From contig CM075989.1 in NCBI GenBank assembly GCA_038087875.1, positions 21,020,001 to 21,084,000 of the forward strand: 64,000 bases of DNA. Reading direction: 5' to 3'. The notes under the pieces were generated by a model. That model searched no databases, was not told where the DNA came from, and saw only the letters and a program-made list of their open reading frames with translations. This DNA comes from Malacoraja senta. Taxonomy: Eukaryota. Positions 35,335 to 47,933 of this stretch are shown here, in pieces (position 1 is the first letter of the stretch; each line of letters starts with the position of its first letter). The translations under genes were made by a program, and so were the position numbers.

Positions 35335-35865
35335 AAGTTTGAGGAAGGACATTCTTGCTATTGAGGGAGTGCAGCGTAGGTTCACGAAGTTAATTCCCGG
35401 GATGGCGGGACTGTCATATGTTGATAGAATGGAGCGACTGGGCTTGTATACTCTGGAATTTAGAAGGATGAGAGGTTATCTTATTGAAACATATAAGATT
35501 ATTAAGGGTTGGACACGCTAGAGGCAGGAAATATGTTCCCGATGTTGGGAGAGTCCAGAACCAGGGGCCACAGTTTATGAATAAGGGGTGAGCCATTTAG
35601 AACAGAGATGTGGAAAAACTTTTTCACACAGAGGGTTGTGAATCTGGGGAATGCTCTGGCTCAGAAGGCAGTGGAGGCCAATTCTCTGGATGCTTTCAAG
35701 AGAGAGTTAGATAGAGCTCTTAAAGATAGCGGAGTCAAGGGATATGGGGAGAAGGCAGGAACGGGGTACTGATTGTGGATGATCAGCCATGATCACATTG
35801 AATGGCGGTGCTGGCTCGAAGGGCCGGATGGCCTACTCCTGCACCTATTGTTTATTGTCTATTGT
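35335..35865 (+). mobile_element. CR1 3' fragment
   Basis: LRKDILAIEGVQRRFTKLIPGMAGLSY...LGLYTLEFRRMRG; UTR and tail. Confidence 0.92.
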
Positions 35866-36092
35866 ATCTGTTATATGTTATTATTGTAGCTGCCTCAACT
35901 TCCCCCCACTACACCCTACTCATCCTACTCCACTGTTTGCATCCCTCTATCCCTTTGTTATCTCCTCTTCCCCAGCCTACAATTGGACATTATGGGTTCC
36001 TTGGTCATCTGTTGCCGACCCTGATTTATTCTGGCCTATTCCTAATCTCCAATCCACCTCCCCCCCGCGACCCGACCCGAAATGTCACCCGA

Positions 36093-36335
36093 ATAAATAG
36101 GAATCTGAGGGGTAACTTTTTCACACAAAGGGTGGTGGGTGTATGGAACAAGCTGCCAGAGGAGGTAGTTGAGGCTGGGACTATCCTTACGTTTAAGAAA
36201 CTGTTACACGGGTACATGAAGAGGACAGGTTTGGAGGGATATGGACCAAACGCAGGCAGGTGGGACTAGTGTAGCTGGGACATGTTGGCCGGTGTGGGCA
36301 AGTTGGGCCGAAGGGCCTGTTTCCACATTCTATGA
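36093..36335 (+). mobile_element. CR1 3' fragment, second subfamily
   Basis: RNLRGNFFTQRVVGVWNKLPEEVVEAG...GYGPNAGRWD*; tail gggccgaagggcctgtttcc. Confidence 0.9.
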
Positions 36336-36567
36336 CCTGTTCCTTTTCTCTAGAGATGCTGCCTGACCCATTGAGTTGTTCCAGCACTTTGTGTCTACCT
36401 CCTCTGGCAGCTTGTTCCATATACTCACCACCCTCAGAATGGAAAGGTTGCCCCTCAGCGGTCCCATCTATAAATTCTTTCCCCGCTCGTTTTAAACCTA
36501 TGTCCTTGATTCCCCTACTCTGGCTAAAAGACTATGTGCATTGAGTTTATTTTATTTTATTTTATTT

Positions 36568-36875
36568 TTAGTTTAGCCTGGAGAAGCAGTGCAGAAACAG
36601 GCCCTTCGGCCCAATGAGTCCGCGTCGACCAGCAATTCCAACACAACAGCACTATCCCACACACACCAGGGACAATTTACAATTTTACCAAGCCAGTGAA
36701 CCTGCAAAACCTGTACATCTTTGGAGTGTGGGAGGAAACCAGAGCTCCCGAAGAAAACCCACGCAGGTCACGGGGAGAACGTACAAACACCGTACAGACA
36801 GCACCCGTAGTCAGGATTGTACCCGGGTCTCTGGCGCTGTGAGGCAGCAACTCTACCGCTGTGCCACCGTGCCGT
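36568..36875 (-). mobile_element. V-SINE, full length
   Basis: Family consensus match. Confidence 0.9.
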
Positions 36876-37424
36876 CCAAGGTGGACAACAAGTGCATCAC
36901 TCTCAGGGGGAGATTGTCTCCAAAGGTGAGCGCTGTCCCAGGTCTTGCTGCGGAGTTGTTTTAGCACAACTCCGCAGGGAAATATTAACTGAAGTGCGTC
37001 AAGTGTAGTAAATAACTTGCAGTTGTCCTCAATGACTGGAATTGATTTGCCCAGGGCTGCAAAAACCACAGCTGGTCTTTTTTTGTTGTTATTTTGCTGT
37101 TGGCTCATTGAAATCATTTGGTAATGATTGAGTGTGTATGAGGCAGAGGGCAATGTCTACCTGCACTAAACACATAACTGACCCAGGGTTCCGATGGGCT
37201 AGTTAACTCATTCATTTCTGAGATGTAAGCGCAATAGAGGAGAAACAACAGTTGCACACCAATGCCACCTTCCCATTATTTAGGGTGCCATTGGCTGTGT
37301 GTACGGAGATGATTGGCTGCGTGCATCCAACAGTGTATGCAGCATACAACAGGTGTGTGTTCTCTTCTGTTCCAAAGGATCTTACATCCAGATACATGTT
37401 CCTGGCGCACAATAAAGCAGCTTT

Positions 37425-38005
37425 GGGCCCCATATTTGAGGAAGGATGTGCTGGCGTTGGTCATAAGGTCGTGTCATAAGGTATAGGAATAGAATTCGGC
37501 CCATCAAATCTACTCCGCCATTCAATCATTGCTGATCTATCTCTCCCTCCTAACCCCATTCTCCTGCCTTCTCCCCATAACCTCTGCCACCCATACTAAT
37601 CGAGAATCTATCTATCTCTGCCTTAAAAATAGCCCATTAACTTGGCCTCCACAGCCTCCTGTGGCAAAGAATTCCACAGATTCACCACCCTTTGACTAAA
37701 TAACTTTCTCGTCATCTCCTTCCTAAAAGAATGTTGGAGAGGGTCCAGAGGAGATTTACGAGAACGGTCCCAGGAATGAGTGGGTTAACATATGATGAGC
37801 GTTTGACGGCACTGGGCCTGTACTCGCTGGACTTTAGGAGGATGAGGAAGGACCTCATTGAAAGTTACTGAATAGTGAAAGGCCTGGATAAAGTGGATAG
37901 ATGTAAGAGGATGTTTCCACTAGTGAGAGAGTTTAGGACCAGTGGCCATAACCTCAGAATAAAAGGATGTACCTTTAGAAAGGAGTTAAGAAGGAATTTC
38001 TTTAA
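37425..38005. mobile_element. CR1 (+) fragment interrupted by an inverted CR1 3' end (37462-37732)
   Basis: Plus strand ggatgtgctggcgttgg resumes at ttggagagggtccagagg (37734). Confidence 0.8.
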
Positions 38006-38044
38006 ACAACTGCATTGCTTGAGCCAATTTAATGTCACTCAGAA

Positions 38045-38255
38045 TATAGACACAAAAAGCTGGAGTAACTCAGCGGGACAGGCAGCATCTCTGGAGAGAA
38101 GGAATGGGTGGCGTTTTCTTCAGTCTGAATAAGGGTCCCGACCCGAAACGTCACCCATTCCTTCTCTCCAGAGATGCTGCCCGTCCCGCTGAGTTACTCC
38201 AGCTGTTTGTGTCTATCTTTGGTTTGAACTAGCATCAGCAGTTCCTTCCTACACA
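38045..38255. mobile_element. Fold-back PLE-derived element
   Basis: Inverted arms; core mutated to CTGAATA at 38125. Confidence 0.8.
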
Positions 38256-38689
38256 GAACCCTTGAGAGTGGACTGGAACCAAGTCACCCTCCATCTCTGG
38301 AGGATGCTTATGATGAAAGAAATCATCTCCCAAAACAAATGCTCCACGGGAAGATCTGGGGAATCGCCACCTTGAAATTAAACACCACAAAGTCATAGCG
38401 TAAAGAGGAGTCAATTTCTATGTCTACGACTTGTAATAAAATAATTCCAGACATGAATGATCTATGTTTCTACAACATCTTTGATAACGTCAGGATATTC
38501 CAAAGAGCTCAGCAAGCAATGATAACGTTTTGGTACATGGTTTAAGGTTAGAAATGCAGCATTCAACTTGAGCACTGGAAGCATCCTAACAGAGCAGTAA
38601 TTGAGCAGGTTTAGGTGGACCTGAGACAGGTGAGGACAAATGGGACTGTTTGGATGGGGCAGCATGGATGAGTTGTATTGAGTTGAATT

Positions 38690-39330
38690 GAATTGAATTG
38701 AAATGAAAGATTACAGTATGGAAACAAGCCCTTCGGCCCACCAGGTCCACACCGACCATGGATCACCTGTTCATACCAGTTCTACGTTATCCCACTTCCT
38801 CTCAATTCCCTACACACAACTAACCTACAAACTTCCATGTCTTTGGGATGTGGGAGGAAGCCTTACAGCGCCAGAGACCCAGGTTCAACCCTGACTACTG
38901 GCACAGTCTGTACAGAGTTTGTACCAAAGCCAATTAACCTACAATCCTGTACATTATTTCGATTGTTGGAGGAAACCGGAGCACCTGGAGGAAACCCACT
39001 CGGGTGAACGTACAAACTCCGTACAGGCAGCATCCATAGAGTCATAGAGTCAGAGAGTGATATAGTGTGGAAACAGGCCCTTCGGCCCAACTTGCCCACA
39101 TCGGCCAACATTGTCCCAGCTACACTTGTCCTACTTGCTTGTGTTTGATCCATAACCCTCCAAACCTGTCCTATCCATGTACCTGTCCAACTGTTTCTTA
39201 AATGATGGGATAGTCCCAGCCTCAACTACCTCTTCTGGCAGCTTGTTCCATCCACCCACCACCCTTTGTGTGAAAAAGTTACCCCTTGGATTCCTATTAA
39301 ATCTTTTCCCCTTCACCTTCAACCTATGTT
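38690..39330 (-). mobile_element. Rearranged V-SINE pieces (38690-39035) and CR1 3' fragment (39035-39330)
   Basis: A plus-strand SINE piece at 38860-38922 lies between minus pieces; HRLKVKGKRFNRNPRGNFFTQRVV. Confidence 0.8.
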
Positions 39331-40197
39331 GAAATGCCTCCGTTGCCATGCTGTGAGAACAGAGAGGTTGAGAAGGAGTTTCTTCCCAGAGGTCATTAGG
39401 ACTGTAAACTCCTATCTCACCAGGGACTAACTTTACTGCACCACTCTACTGTTTTAAAAAAATTGCTGTTTTTGTTTTCCCCCTGTTTTTTTCCCCTTTT
39501 TCCTTCCGCCCACAATATTTAATATGTAAAAGAATATGTGATTCTATTCTTCCATTCTGTTGAAGTTTGTCTGTTTGTTTGTTTGTTTTTTGCACAAAGT
39601 CCGTGAGCATTGCCACTTTTCATTTCACTGCACATCTCGTATGTGTATGTGACAAATAGACTTGACTTGACTTGACTTGACTTGATGTCCGCTAGTCTTC
39701 GATTTCCTTACTCTGGGTAAAAGACTCTGTGCATCTACCATATCTATTTTCTCATGATTTTGTATAGCTTCGGTAAGATTATAAATTGCAGGTTGGCACG
39801 GACTCAGTGGGCACAAGGACCTGTTTTTGCGCAGTATCATATGGGTACAGTTTGTTTTCAGAGAATCTGTCTCTTCACTAAATTCACCTCCCATAATAGG
39901 GAAAAAAATTGTTGTGCTAAATCAACACTGGCTTGCTCTGTGATCTGACGAGGGAGGATCAGTGCTTGTTTGTGTCCACTGAATGAAGATAAGTGACAAT
40001 GGACATCACAGGCTCGTCATGCCATTCCCACATCGATGTATCTATCCTTGGTTTTAATGAGAAGTTTTGGGTGACAGACCGTCTAGCAGAGAAGACCTTT
40101 AGCACATCGAAAGCTCACAATTCTGGAGGAGATAATAAATAGGAATGGGACTGCAGGATTTTGTCAGGTTTAAGTTGAGCAGTGGGCAGGTGCTATA

Positions 40198-40570
40198 GAC
40201 GCTCTCGCCCCCATGAGTCCCGGGCAGATGGGGCTCATCAGCCTGGGAAGGCAGTCCATCTAGGAGAGGGAAAACTCTGATTTAAAATCTCCACTGCCTT
40301 GTGACCATATCCAGTCACGGAAAAGGCTCCTCAAGACAATCCGGAGTCGGAGCCCCTAAGGCAGTTCGTCGTTGTCTACAACCTCGCTTTGGCAGCTCCT
40401 GCGACAGCGCTGGTGCCAAACTGTAACGGCCTTTCTGTTCCTTTGGATCGATCAGCGACGTGGAGAGGGGGGACGTGCTGCATGGGCAACAGCCAGTCCT
40501 CCATATGACATCGCCCAGGCTTGCATCCGACCACACATCACCTGCAAACTAGGATGCATCGCCCATGTCA
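40198..40570 (+). mobile_element. Probable RTE-clade 5' UTR-derived element
   Basis: ggcagtccatctaggagagggaaaactctga (40250-40280) resembles the conserved RTE 5' UTR motif (recognised from memory). Confidence 0.5.
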
Positions 40571-40660
40571 TGAACAAGTTGAGGTAGCTTTTTTAAAACT
40601 TGAACAACAGAAGAACACTTTGGTATCACGGACTTGAAAGAGACACAATTAAAACCATTG

Positions 40661-40831
40661 GTAGACAAATATGCTGGAGAAACGTAGCGGGTGAGGCAGC
40701 ATCTATGGAGCAAAGGTCTCGACCCGAAACGTCCCCTATTTCCTTCGCTCCATAGATGCTGCCTTACCCGCTGAGTTTCTCCAGCATTTTTGGCTACCTT
40801 CGATTTTCCAGCATCTGCAGTTCCTTCTTAA
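40661..40831. mobile_element. Fold-back PLE-derived element with 16-bp TSD
   Basis: acaattaaaaccattg at 40645-40660 and 40832-40847. Confidence 0.85.
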
Positions 40832-40974
40832 ACAATTAAAACCATTGAGCGGTTTAAAAATAAATCTTTTTTGAGCATACAATTATCGTAATTAAGGGCT
40901 TACGTTGCCGCCTAATTTTATATGATTTGATATGTTTTCATTTATAAGGCTTCTTGCAGCAATTAATTCATAAG

Positions 40975-41432
40975 GCAGAGACACAGGGAATTGCATATGC
41001 CAGAATCTTGAGTACCACACAAAGTGCTGGAGTAACTCAGCGGGTTAGGCAGCATCTGTGAAGGAAATGGAAAGGTGACGTTACAGGTTGGGATCCTTCT
41101 TCACACTATTTGTAATCTGAAGAAGGGTCCTGACCCAAAACGTCGCCTGTCCATTTCCTCCCCAGTTGCTCTCTGACCTGCTGAATAACTCCAGCACTTC
41201 ATGTTTTAATTGAAAAGACACCCTGATCCTAAACTAACAAACCCAATTCTATCATTATAAAGTGTAGGAAGGAACTGCAGTTGCCAGTTTAAATTGAAGA
41301 TAGACACAAAATGCTGGTGTAACTCAACGGGATAGGCAGCAGCTCTGGAGAAAAGGAATGGGTGACATTTTGGGTCGAGACCCTTCTTCAGACTGGTCTC
41401 CAGAGCCGTTACTCCAGCATTTTGTGTCTATC
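40975..41432. mobile_element. Two further fold-back PLE-derived elements (40975-41205, 41262-41432)
   Basis: Inverted arms of the same repeat, more diverged. Confidence 0.7.
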
Positions 41433-41935
41433 GTGGTAATGTTTGACTGCAGTGGGTGAGTTCCCAGCTTTGAGATGCCTTATCTGTCAAGAAGTTTTTG
41501 AAACAATATATCTGATGTACTTTTTAAAAATCGACTGTAAAACTTTATTTCCTTAAGATTAAACATCTTTTCCGCTTCCAATATTTGGATTGGGTTATAT
41601 TGTGCAGTACATTTTTCAAGGTCCATTTATACAATGTGGACAAATAATTGGTTCATTGGCCAGCAAGAATCTTTTCCTGGTGTACACAGGAGAATAACGT
41701 CATGATTCTGCCTCTGGAGAAATCTTCCTCTGGCAGAAAGGATGCATAGCAGGTGTGACCACGACAATCCACTCCGTTCTGAGTGAAAGGTAGTTCAGGA
41801 CATCTCCATACTATAGTAACGTGAGCGAGACCGTCTCGACCTTCAGTATATTATTAAATCACAGCCTGGAGCTGGAGCTGGTAGTGGTATTAGCTTATTA
41901 TTGTCACATCTACCGGGATTTAGTCTGAGTGCTTG

Positions 41936-42236
41936 GTTTAGCTTAGAGATACAGCACGGAAACAGGCCCTTCGGCCCACCGGGTCCGCGCCGACCAGCGA
42001 TCCCCGCACATTAACACTATCCTACACTCGCTAGGGACAATTTTTACATTTTAAACCTACAAACCTGTACGTCTTTGGAATGTGGGAGGAAACCGAAGAT
42101 CTCGGAGAAAACCCGCGCAGGTCACGGGGAGAACGTACAAACTCCGTACAGACAAGCACCCGTAGTCGGGATCGAACCAGAGGCTCCGGCACTGCATTCG
42201 CAGTGAGGCAGCAACTCTACCGCTGCGCCACCGTGA
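41936..42236 (-). mobile_element. V-SINE, full length
   Basis: Family consensus match. Confidence 0.92.
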
Positions 42237-42454
42237 CTGCTATGCAGACGAATCGTAGGTGCAACAAGTAGTGCAAAGAGAAAAATGAGAGAGTGCAGAA
42301 TATGGTATAAAGTAAGAAATATTAGAAACTGCATATCTCCTTGGGCCAAGATCAAACTTTTCAGAGACTTGGAAGTTACAAGATGATGCTAGAATGTGGC
42401 AACTCTCTATAAGCTGCTCCAGATCAGGATGAATAATAATCAGTAATCGAGTCT

Positions 42455-42618
42455 TCGAGTCGTGGACTCATACAGCACGGAAACAGGCCCTTCGGCCCAA
42501 AATGCCAATGCCAACCAACATGCCCCATCCATATTAGTCCCACCTGCCTGCGTTTGGCCCACATCCCTCTAAACCTGTCCTATCCATGCACCTGTCCAAC
42601 GGTCTTTTATATGTTGTT
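42455..42618 (-). mobile_element. CR1 tail, second subfamily
   Basis: tacagcacggaaacaggcccttcggccc...aaacctgtcctatccatg. Confidence 0.8.
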
Positions 42619-43127
42619 CAATGCCAAAGCTGCTCATTGGCCATCAGGGCTCGACAATACCACTTAAAACATATTTTGCTTTCCTATTTTCTTCTATTCA
42701 AGTGATGCCTCTATACATTTCCGCACCATATTGCATCTGTCCATGTCCTTACCATTCGCTTAGCCTATCTATATATCCATCTGAAGCCTCTCTCCATCCT
42801 CCTCACACCCCACACCCCATCCACATTTGTGTCATCTGTAAAGTCAAATAAAGTACATTTCATGCCCTTATCCAAAGCATTGATCGAGATTGTGAACAGT
42901 TGGCACATTGGGGCACAGTCAAAGCCAAACATGACTCATTTATTTCAGCTTGCATGTTTTCAGACCGCTAACCATAAGACCATAAGACACAGGAACAGAA
43001 TGAGGCAATTCAGCCCATCGAATCTACTCTGCCTTTCAGTCACGGCTGATCGATCGATCGTTCCCACTCAGCCACAGTCTCCCGCCTTCTCCCTGTAACC
43101 TTTGACACCCATGATGGACATGTGAGA

Positions 43128-43358
43128 GAATTGCTGCCTTACAGCGCTAGAATTCTCCCTGTGACCACGTGGGTTTTCTCCAGGTACTCCGGTTTCCTCC
43201 CACATTCCAAAGATGTGTAGGTTTGCGGGCTAATTGGCCTCTGTAAATTGTCCCTAGTTTCTAGGATAGAACTAGTGTACAAACTCCGATCATTGGTCGG
43301 TGCGGACTCAGTGGGCTGAAGGGCCTGTTTACATGCTGTATCTCTAAAATCTAAAGTT
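43128..43358 (+). mobile_element. V-SINE, head partly deleted
   Basis: V-domain and tail. Confidence 0.85.
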
Positions 43359-44107
43359 AGTGATAAAACACAGCTTTAACCCGTAAGTGTAAAAACAGTC
43401 AAACTATATTGGGCACATGTTGTCCATCAGTAATGTACTAGAGAAGATTACAGGAGTAAATCCATGAATGAATGAACTCCAAACTCGAAACTAAATTTGG
43501 ATAGGTACATGGATAGGCAAAGTTTGGAGGGATCTCTGGAGAGAAGGAATTGGTGACGCTTCAGGTCAGGACCCTTCTTCAGAAGGGGTCACCCATTCCT
43601 TCTATCCAGAGATGCTGATTGCCTTTGTGCCCACAGGATGGCACAGAGCTCAACAATAGCTTTTCACAATGTGATAATAAGCTAAACTGTGACTGTTTTT
43701 TCCAACAGGTCGTCCCCATGCCACCAGCATGAGTTGCCTCGTGAAAATGTAACTGGGTAGTTCTAGAAACATAGAAACATAGAAAATAGGTGCAGGAGGA
43801 GGCCGTTCGGCCCTTCGAGCCAGCACCGCCACTCATTGTGATCATGGCTGATCGTCCCCAATCAATAACCCGTGCCTATAGAAACATTCTGCACAATACC
43901 TGCCATTTTGGACTGTTGCCAGCATTGCAAATTGCGTGGGGAATATTTCAATAAGGGCTGCACTTCATTAGCATGTAATTCTGCATGCTAAACACATGAA
44001 TCCCATTTGGGACTCGATGGGGCAACAATAATATGTAGTTGAGACAGCATCCCATTTTGGATGTAAAAAATGGGGAGACTGAAGATTAGAGAGACTTGCC
44101 TTAAGTA

Positions 44108-44413
44108 TTTAGTTTAGTTTCTTAGTTTAGAGGTACGGCGACGAAACAGGCCCTTCGCCCCACCGAGTCCGCGCCGACCAGTGATCCCTGCCCACACACA
44201 CACACCAGGGACAATTTACATTTATACCAAGCCAATTAACCTACAACCCTGTACGTCTTTGGAGTGTGGGAGGAAACCGGAGCACCCGGAGAAAACCCAC
44301 GCGGTCACTGGGAGAACATACAAACTCCATACAGACAGCACCCGTAGTCAGGATCGAACTTGGAACTCTGGTGCTGTAGGGCAACAAGTCTACCGCTGCA
44401 CCACCGTGCCACC
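44108..44413 (-). mobile_element. V-SINE, full length
   Basis: Family consensus match. Confidence 0.9.
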
Positions 44414-44698
44414 CCATTTGCTTGCACCATGTAGAGCTATCCTTGTCCTGAGAATCTCACAACTTCAATATAAAATGTCAGTTTGTAAGGTGGTCATTGA
44501 GTTAAAACATGAATTGCCCTAGAAACACTTAACTTGCTCCAATGATGTACATCGCCTACCCCTTCCGAACCCACCTCTCTGCACAGTTGCTAAATATATT
44601 GTTTGTTTTAGAGTGAAGTTCATACAATGCATTACTTTGGAAAGAATCAGTTAAACTATTTCCAAACATAATCAAAATGAAGATTACTGTTTAGTTAA

Positions 44699-44922
44699 GG
44701 GCCTGTCCCACTTGGCCGTCATCTGCTCGTCACGCAGATGGCGCGCGAAGATTTTGTACATCACAAAATCCTGCGACGCCACGCGTGGCCGCGCGTCACT
44801 GCCTATGTCATCACGCACCACGCGCGCATCACGTGCGTGTCACGACACGTGCGTCGTGCATCGTGACGCGTAAATGATGTCGCGTAAATTACGCGCAAAT
44901 GACGGCCAAGTGGGACAGGCCC
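44699..44922. mobile_element. MITE (PIF/Harbinger-like or other TTAA/TWA-targeting DNA transposon)
   Basis: Perfect 24-bp TIR gggcctgtcccacttggccgtcat; TTAA on both sides (44695-44698, 44923-44926); CpG-rich interior. Confidence 0.9.
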
Positions 44923-44989
44923 TTAAGTCCTATTTGATTGCATAGTGGCATAGCAGTAGAGTTGCTGCCTTGTAGCGCCAGAGACTTGG

Positions 44990-45783
44990 CTTTAGACTTT
45001 AGACTTTTGAGTACAGCGTGGAAACAGGCCCTTCACCCCACCGAGTCCACACTGACCAGCGATCACCCCGTACACTAGCACTAAACCTTCTATGGGACAA
45101 CTTAGAATTCGCAGAAGCTAATTAACCTATAAACCTGTACGTCTTTGGAATGTGGGAGGAAACCGGAGCACCCGGAGAAATCCCACACGGAGAACGCACA
45201 AACTCCATACAGGCAGTGCCTGTAGTCAGGAACAAACCAGTTGTCAGGCACTGTAAAGCAGCAACTCTACCGCTTTGCCAAAGTGCTGCAAATATATATA
45301 TATATATATATATTGTTTGTTTTAGAATGAACAATAAATATATTGTTTGTTTTAGAGTGAAGTTCATACAATGCATCACTTTGGAAAGAACCAGTTTAAC
45401 TATTTCCAAACATAATTGAAAGGAAGATTTCTGTTTAGTAAGTCCTATTTGATTGGAGTAAATGAACTCTACATGGGCACAGGGACCGCAGCAGAGGAGC
45501 TGCTGCCTCACAGCGCCAATGAACCCGGTTCAATCCTGACCTCGGGTGCTGTCTGTGTGGAGTTTGTACGTTCTCCCTGTGACCGTGTGGGTTTCTCCGG
45601 GTGCTCCGGTTTCCTCCCACATTCCAAAGACGTGCAGGTTTGTAGGTTAATTGGCTTCTGCTAAATTGCCCCTGGTGTGTAGGATGTAAAACTGGGACAA
45701 CATAGAACTAGCGTGAATGGGTGATCACTAGTCAGCATGGATTTGATGGACTGAACTGCATCTCTAAAGTCAACTAAACTAAA
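44990..45783. mobile_element. Two V-SINEs (44990-45285 -, 45475-45783 +)
   Basis: Family consensus matches in opposite orientations. Confidence 0.85.
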
Positions 45784-45924
45784 GTGTAGTTCACAAAGCA
45801 TTTTATGTTTCCATTCATTTCGGAGTAGTTTGGTGGAATGTTAACAGTAAACACACATTGTCCCGTAGAAGCTGTTCTGATAAATAAACGGTAAATAAAG
45901 AAGGTCGTGGCTACAGATGGAGCT

Positions 45925-46980
45925 TTTTGGAGAGGGTGCAGGGAAGAGGTTTACCAGAATGCTGTCTGGAATCCAGAGTATTAACTACAAGGAGAAGTTG
46001 GACAAACTTGGATCGTATTCTCTAGAACTCCAGACCGGTGGCATGGCAGTAGAGGTCCTGCCTTAAAGCCCTGTCCCATGGTACGAGTTCATTCCAAGAG
46101 CTCTCCCGAGTTTAAAAAAAAATCAAACTCGTGGTAAGCACGGAGAATGAACGTAGCGGGTACGTCGGAGCTCGGGGACATCTCTTACCGGCTCGTAATG
46201 CTAACGGCCGGTACTCGGGAAGACTCGCTAACGGCAGGTAAGCACGGGAAGACACGTGAAGATTTTTCAACACGTTGAAAAATGTCCACGAGAGCCCCGA
46301 GTACCGACGAGCGGCCATTACCGTAAATCTCCGAGTTCGAATCAGGGCAAACTCGGGAGAACTCTTGGAATTAACTCGCACCGTGCGACAGGGCTATTAC
46401 AGCACCAGGGACCCGGGTTCGATCCCAACTATGGGTGCTGTCTGTAGAGAATTTGTCCGTTCTCCCTGTGACCTGCGTAGGTTTTCTCCGAGATCTTGGT
46501 TTCCTCCCACATTCTAAAGATCTACAGGTTTGTGGGTTAATTGGCTTGGTACAACTGTCAAAAATTGTCCCTAGTGTGTGTAGGATAGTGTTAATGTGCG
46601 GGGATCGTTGGTCGGTGTGGACTCGGTGGGCCGAAGGGCCTTTGTCCACGTTGTATCTCTAAACTAAGCCAGAGGTTGAGGGGAGACCTGATAGAAGTTC
46701 ATAACATGATGAGCGGAATAGATAATGTAGACAGTCAGAACCTTTTTCCCAGGGTGGAAATGTCAAAGATTAGTGGACATTGCTTTACTGTGAGAGGGGC
46801 AAAGTTTAAATGAGACGCGAGGGGCAGGTTTATTACACAGAGGGTGGTGAGTGCCAGGAATGTGTTGCTTGAGTGGTAGAGGCAGACACAATAGTGCTGT
46901 TTAAGAATCTTTTAGAAAGGTACATGGATTATGCAGGGAATAGAGAGAGATAGGGATGATGTCCAAGCAGATTAGTTCAT
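45925..46980 (+). mobile_element. CR1 fragment interrupted by V-SINE (46036-46667)
   Basis: CR1 breaks after tctagaactccaga and resumes at ccagaggttgaggggagacctg. Confidence 0.8.
46066..46396. mobile_element. PIF/Harbinger-like MITE inside a V-SINE head
   Basis: ~47-bp imperfect TIRs (agccctgtcccatggtacgagtt...); TTA duplicated at 46063-46065 and 46397-46399, splitting the SINE motif ctgccTTAcagc. Confidence 0.9.
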
Positions 46981-47120
46981 CTTGAAGAAACAAGGAACAG
47001 CAGATGCTGGTTTACCAAGGAAAGATACAAAATGCTGGAGTAACTCAGCAGGTCAGGCAGCATCTCTGGAGAACATGGATGGGTGATGTGTCGGGTTGGG
47101 ACACTTATCTTGGCATTATG

Positions 47121-47655
47121 TTCTTCTTGTCGTGTGGCTACACTTTTCCAAGCATAACGCAGACTCTGGCACATGGGTTGAAGACCTTGAGATCTTCTGC
47201 TTTGCAGGGCTCTGGGAGTAGGGGGCAGGTAAGTAAGTGCTCCATAGTTTGGGTTGCCTCCGCGCAGTCGCATTCGGTTGGTCCCTCGTTGTTCTGCATG
47301 AGGGCTTTGCACCGTCCGACCCGTGATCTGAGGCGGTTGAGGCAGAGCCAGACTGGCCATGTCTCTTTCGCTCCCAATGGAAGGGACTCCTCAGGGTATA
47401 GTGTCAGTGTGTGTGGTTTTGATTGTAGGTGTGTCACCCAAGCATCTATCCTACATGTGCGGGTGTTATCATTCAGGGGTTGAACTGCATGTAGGAAGCT
47501 ATTTCTGGATTTTAACCTCTTTGGTGCCTGGACATGTTGGAAGAGTGGGTGACGAGGGTCATACTCCTGCTTGGTGGCATTACACTTTTGAGGAGACTGC
47601 TCTTCTGATCAGAGGAGGTGCAATACCACACAGCAGGTACAGGTCGTCAACTCGT
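47121..47655 (-). mobile_element. RTE/RTEX-like LINE 3' fragment
   Basis: WPVWLCLNRLRSRVGRCKALM...CDCAEATQTMEHLLTCP (CCHC-type C-terminus); tail cacacgac(aag)n. Confidence 0.75.
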
Positions 47656-47933
47656 ATGGCCATTCCCTATGCTGTACTTTTCTATGTGTGTGGTCTGTCT
47701 GAAGCCACTTTTACAGCTTGTGATGCTATTGTCAGTGATAAAAAGGTTAAAAAGAAGCTCATTGGATACTTATAATACTTTACAGCAGGGCAATTCTGAA
47801 ACGAAGAAGTTATTTCAGGTGAAATCATCTGAATCTAGAGTTTGGATCCTGACAAAGAATATATTTTAGTACATATTAATGACGTAAGAAAGGAATGCAA
47901 ATTTTTGAAACTCTCTTTAAAGTAATACTTGTT

